Below are positions 61,322-64,000 of a DNA stretch of 64,000 bases, piece after piece. The notes under the pieces were generated by a model. The model did not search any database. It was given only the letters and a program-made list of their open reading frames with translations, and was not told where the DNA came from. Source of the stretch: a bacterium (lineage in GTDB: Bacteria > UBA10199 > 2-02-FULL-50-16 > JAJFLM01); contig CBDCFN010000016.1 in the NCBI GenBank assembly GCA_965216315.1, positions 1,920,001-1,984,000 of the forward strand, read 5' to 3'. A program made the translations under genes and the position numbers. Numbering within the stretch: position 1 is the stretch's first letter; every line of letters begins with the position of its first letter.

Positions 61322-62762
61322 ATTGATAAGTGGTCGACGTTTTGCGAGCAGGGACCACGGCAAATGGTAGGAAAAGCGCAGGGTTTTGGCCGAAACGCGA
61401 AAGTTCGAGCCGATCTTTTTTAAGAATTCCTTTTGGGAGGAGTAATCGTCGCCACTCGCCAGCGGACCCGCTTGGTGAGCCGCCTGGAGGAATTCGAGGC
61501 AGGGTTCGAGCCAACCCATTGCCCCGGTCTCAAGGGCCGTCAGCTTTTCCTCTAAACGCACCTTCTGTTTCAATAATGATTCCTTCTTGGCTTGATACTC
61601 GACGCGATCGATGATGCCGTCGAGATGGGCGTCCAAGAGACGATCAAGCTTGCCCTGAATGGCCGGCATCTCCCGGTCGAATTGTTCCTTAAAGCGTGCA
61701 AGGGGTTGGCGAGAATCCTGCTGCTCCTTGGCCCACCACGCGATCATCTGTTGATAGGCGTCAGCCGGCAGAGCGACCTTTGCGATCGCGGTGCTGATTT
61801 GTTTGGCTAAGTCTTCCTCTCGGACAAAGGGCTCGGTACACGGGCCTTTCTTCTTGGTGCAGCGATAATAGTGATATTTCTTTTTCTGTCGCTCTGCCGT
61901 GATGGCGCCGTCACAATTGGCGCAACTCGCCAGGCCAAGAAAGGGAAATAAGTGCTTACGATGTTTGTGAGGCACGCCGCTCTTGGTCAGCAGACCTTGC
62001 ACCTTATCGAACAAGTCTTTCGTAATAATGGGTTCGTGGGAGCCCTGATGCCACTCGCCGGAGAACTCGAATAAGCCGTAATAGAAAGACTTGGTGAGGA
62101 TGCGATAAAGGGCGGCGTGCACAAGTGGCTTATTTTTGCGGCTCAGCAAACCCCACTCGGGCGCCATGCGCCGTAGATCCTCCACCGTATAGCGCCCCGT
62201 CGCGTAGGTCTCGAAGAGTTTCTTGATCAGGGGCGCTCGCTCGGGATCGATGACAACCTTTCGGGTCTTTTGGTCATTGTCGTAGCCCAAGGGTGCGACC
62301 CCCGGCCATTCCCCACGCCTTAACTTTTGGCGAATCCCGCGGCCGAATATTCTCCGAAAGGTTGTCCACGTAATACTTGGACTGCCCAAAGGCGATATTG
62401 AGCATAAATTTGCCTTGTGGCGTGTTTTCGAACCAAAAAGTCGGGAACTTAAGCGCCTTAATATGCTCAGTATCTAAAAAGTAAATAATCCGGCCGCCAT
62501 CGACGGAATTGCGCGCGAGTCGATCCGGGTGCCAGGCGATAATCCCTTGGGCCTCACCGCGTTCAATGCGCTCCATCATGTCATTGAAAATCGGGCGGCC
62601 GGGGACCTTGGCCGTCTTGGATTCGGTAAAAATTTCCTTAATTGTTAAACGTTCTTTTTCAGCGAAGAGTTTTAGTTCCGCGATTTGTGATTCAATTGAT
62701 AAGACCTGTCGCTCTTCGCTGTCGCTGGATTTACGGGCATAGAGAAAATACTGGGAAGACAT
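61250..62762 (-). pseudogene. Large serine recombinase (resolvase + recombinase + Zn-ribbon + coiled coil) with one +1 frameshift
   Basis: YARKSS, DRLARN, APLGY, HEPII, CANC..YYRC..C; extra C at about 62341 splits ENIR/RGIRQK. Confidence 0.88.
61316..61391 (+). repeat. Left arm of perfect 76-bp inverted repeat (starts in tmRNA CCACCA)
   Basis: Exact reverse complement of 62920-62995. Confidence 0.95.
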
Positions 62763-62919
62763 GGTCGACGTGCTATCGCCTTTGGGCACGCGTGGCAAAT
62801 TGGAAATGGCGCCTCCCCGCGAAGGCAAGTGCGATCGGCGCCCGGCGCCGTCAGGTGCCGGCCAGGCGTCGCAGGGACTTTAAATTTCCCGGAAACGAAT
62901 GGGGACTTTCGCCAGTGCA

Positions 62920-62995
62920 GGCCAAAACCCTGCGCTTTTCCTACCATTTGCCGTGGTCCCTGCTCGCAAAACGTCGACCACTTATCAATTGGTGG
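62920..62995 (-). repeat. Right arm of perfect 76-bp inverted repeat
   Basis: Exact reverse complement of 61316-61391. Confidence 0.95.
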
Positions 62996-63444
62996 TGCCT
63001 GTGGACCAAAATTCGAACTTGGTTTCAAGAAAATGCGTGACCGCGAGGCCACTTGCTGCAAAAGCCGCGCCGAGCGGTCACTAAATGACTATTCCACAGG
63101 CACCTTCCCGCCACGCGCTCGTCACGGCTTGTGCAGCCCCGTGTGCCTCTCGTGCCGCCGCTTGGCCCAGCGCCGAGCCCCTGGCTACACAAGGCCTGGG
63201 CATCCGCCAGCCCCCGCACATAAAGCTGCCCAGGCCGGGGACGCAGAGGGCTGGGCGGGAGGGTGTTAGCTAGTAATGGACAATTTTTCGCCACCCGGAA
63301 GCGAGGCGCTGAAAAAGTATATAGAAATGATGGAGAATTTGTTGATTAAATAGCAGGATATCATGCCATATGTAGCAATAGCATGAAGATGTACATCAGA
63401 CTTACTAAGTATTTGACTATGGCCAACCAAAATACGGGGTTGCT

Positions 63445-64000
63445 ATGACGGTTATGAGCATTTTAGCGGGTATAATCGCCCTCTTAATTCTAGTCGTATT
63501 GAGCAACATTGCCAGTGCGGTACGAGGAAACAGACAGGCCATGGAATCAGCTTGCTCAGATATCAACGATAAAATTGGTGAGCTTAATAATATCTTATAC
63601 GAAATAAAAACCGCATCAGAAGAACTACTAGATGTGATCAAGACGGTAAGTGAAACTATGTATAATATGGAAGAAAAGACTCATGAACCGATCGTTGATA
63701 TATTTGGCCCTAATAACTTCCATACAATGTCTAATGATGAAAGGGAAAGCGTCAGCAGTGAGCTAGAAAAGAAAATTTCTGAGAACAAGACTTCGCAAGA
63801 CGAATTAGAAGATTGGATCAAAAGCTGGATCATATTTTTTTCACATACGTCATATATTTACGAGATTTTATCTAAAAAGGATCTTTTGAACAATGTAAGT
63901 CCCGAAACAAAGGAATTGCTTCAAGAGCGTCATGAACAAGCTCAAATGTTTGTTAAAGTAGTTGGTGAACTGAAGAATGGCAGCGATTTAAATAAGGTAG
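63445..64000 (+). CDS. AT-rich hypothetical protein with N-terminal TM helix, truncated by the window edge
   Basis: Hand translation MTVMSILAGIIALLILVVLSNIASAVRGNRQ..., open to the window end. Confidence 0.7.
   Translation, partial: MTVMSILAGIIALLILVVLSNIASAVRGNRQAMESACSDINDKIGELNNILYEIKTASEELLDVIKTVSETMYNMEEKTHEPIVDIFGPNNFHTMSNDERESVSSELEKKISENKTSQDELEDWIKSWIIFFSHTSYIYEILSKKDLLNNVSPETKELLQERHEQAQMFVKVVGELKNGSDLNKV

Larger units (their letters stand above)
61316..64000. mobile_element. Left part of a tmRNA-integrated element/genomic island
   Basis: Serine recombinase reading into the tmRNA 3' end; AT-rich cargo after about 63300; right end not in window. Confidence 0.65.

Noticed and set aside
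62642..63040. 132-aa plus-strand ORF as an independent gene
   Set aside because: Mostly antisense to the recombinase; only its last 40 or so codons (repeat plus alternative tail) look meaningful

Overview
Bacterial chromosomal window, most likely from a deltaproteobacteria-like lineage (inferred from the split Mrp operon and the STAS gene inside the dcw cluster). Housekeeping content: hisG followed by an 11-gene Mrp Na+/H+ antiporter operon, the complete dcw cluster (mraZ to ftsZ) plus an MltD-like LysM lytic transglycosylase, and a glucosylglycerol synthesis/transport/phosphorolysis trio. The right end holds a tmRNA gene (60965-61321) and the edge of an integrated element. Most striking observations: (1) a large serine recombinase gene flanked by a perfect 76-bp inverted repeat anchored in the tmRNA CCA end, so that inversion would flip the gene and swap its C-terminus; (2) a second, repeat-interrupted copy of the tmRNA 5' end lying between the promoter and the intact gene; (3) a motif G(C/A)AAC-N16-CGA upstream of five dispersed orphan genes that lack classical signal peptides, suggesting an alternative-sigma regulon; (4) a 2134-aa beta-rich protein with a duplicated START-like module; (5) paired perfect DnaA boxes before ddl-ftsQAZ; (6) a SprT-like protease with a possible beta-clamp motif. 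All functional calls come from motif recognition by eye; no searches were run.
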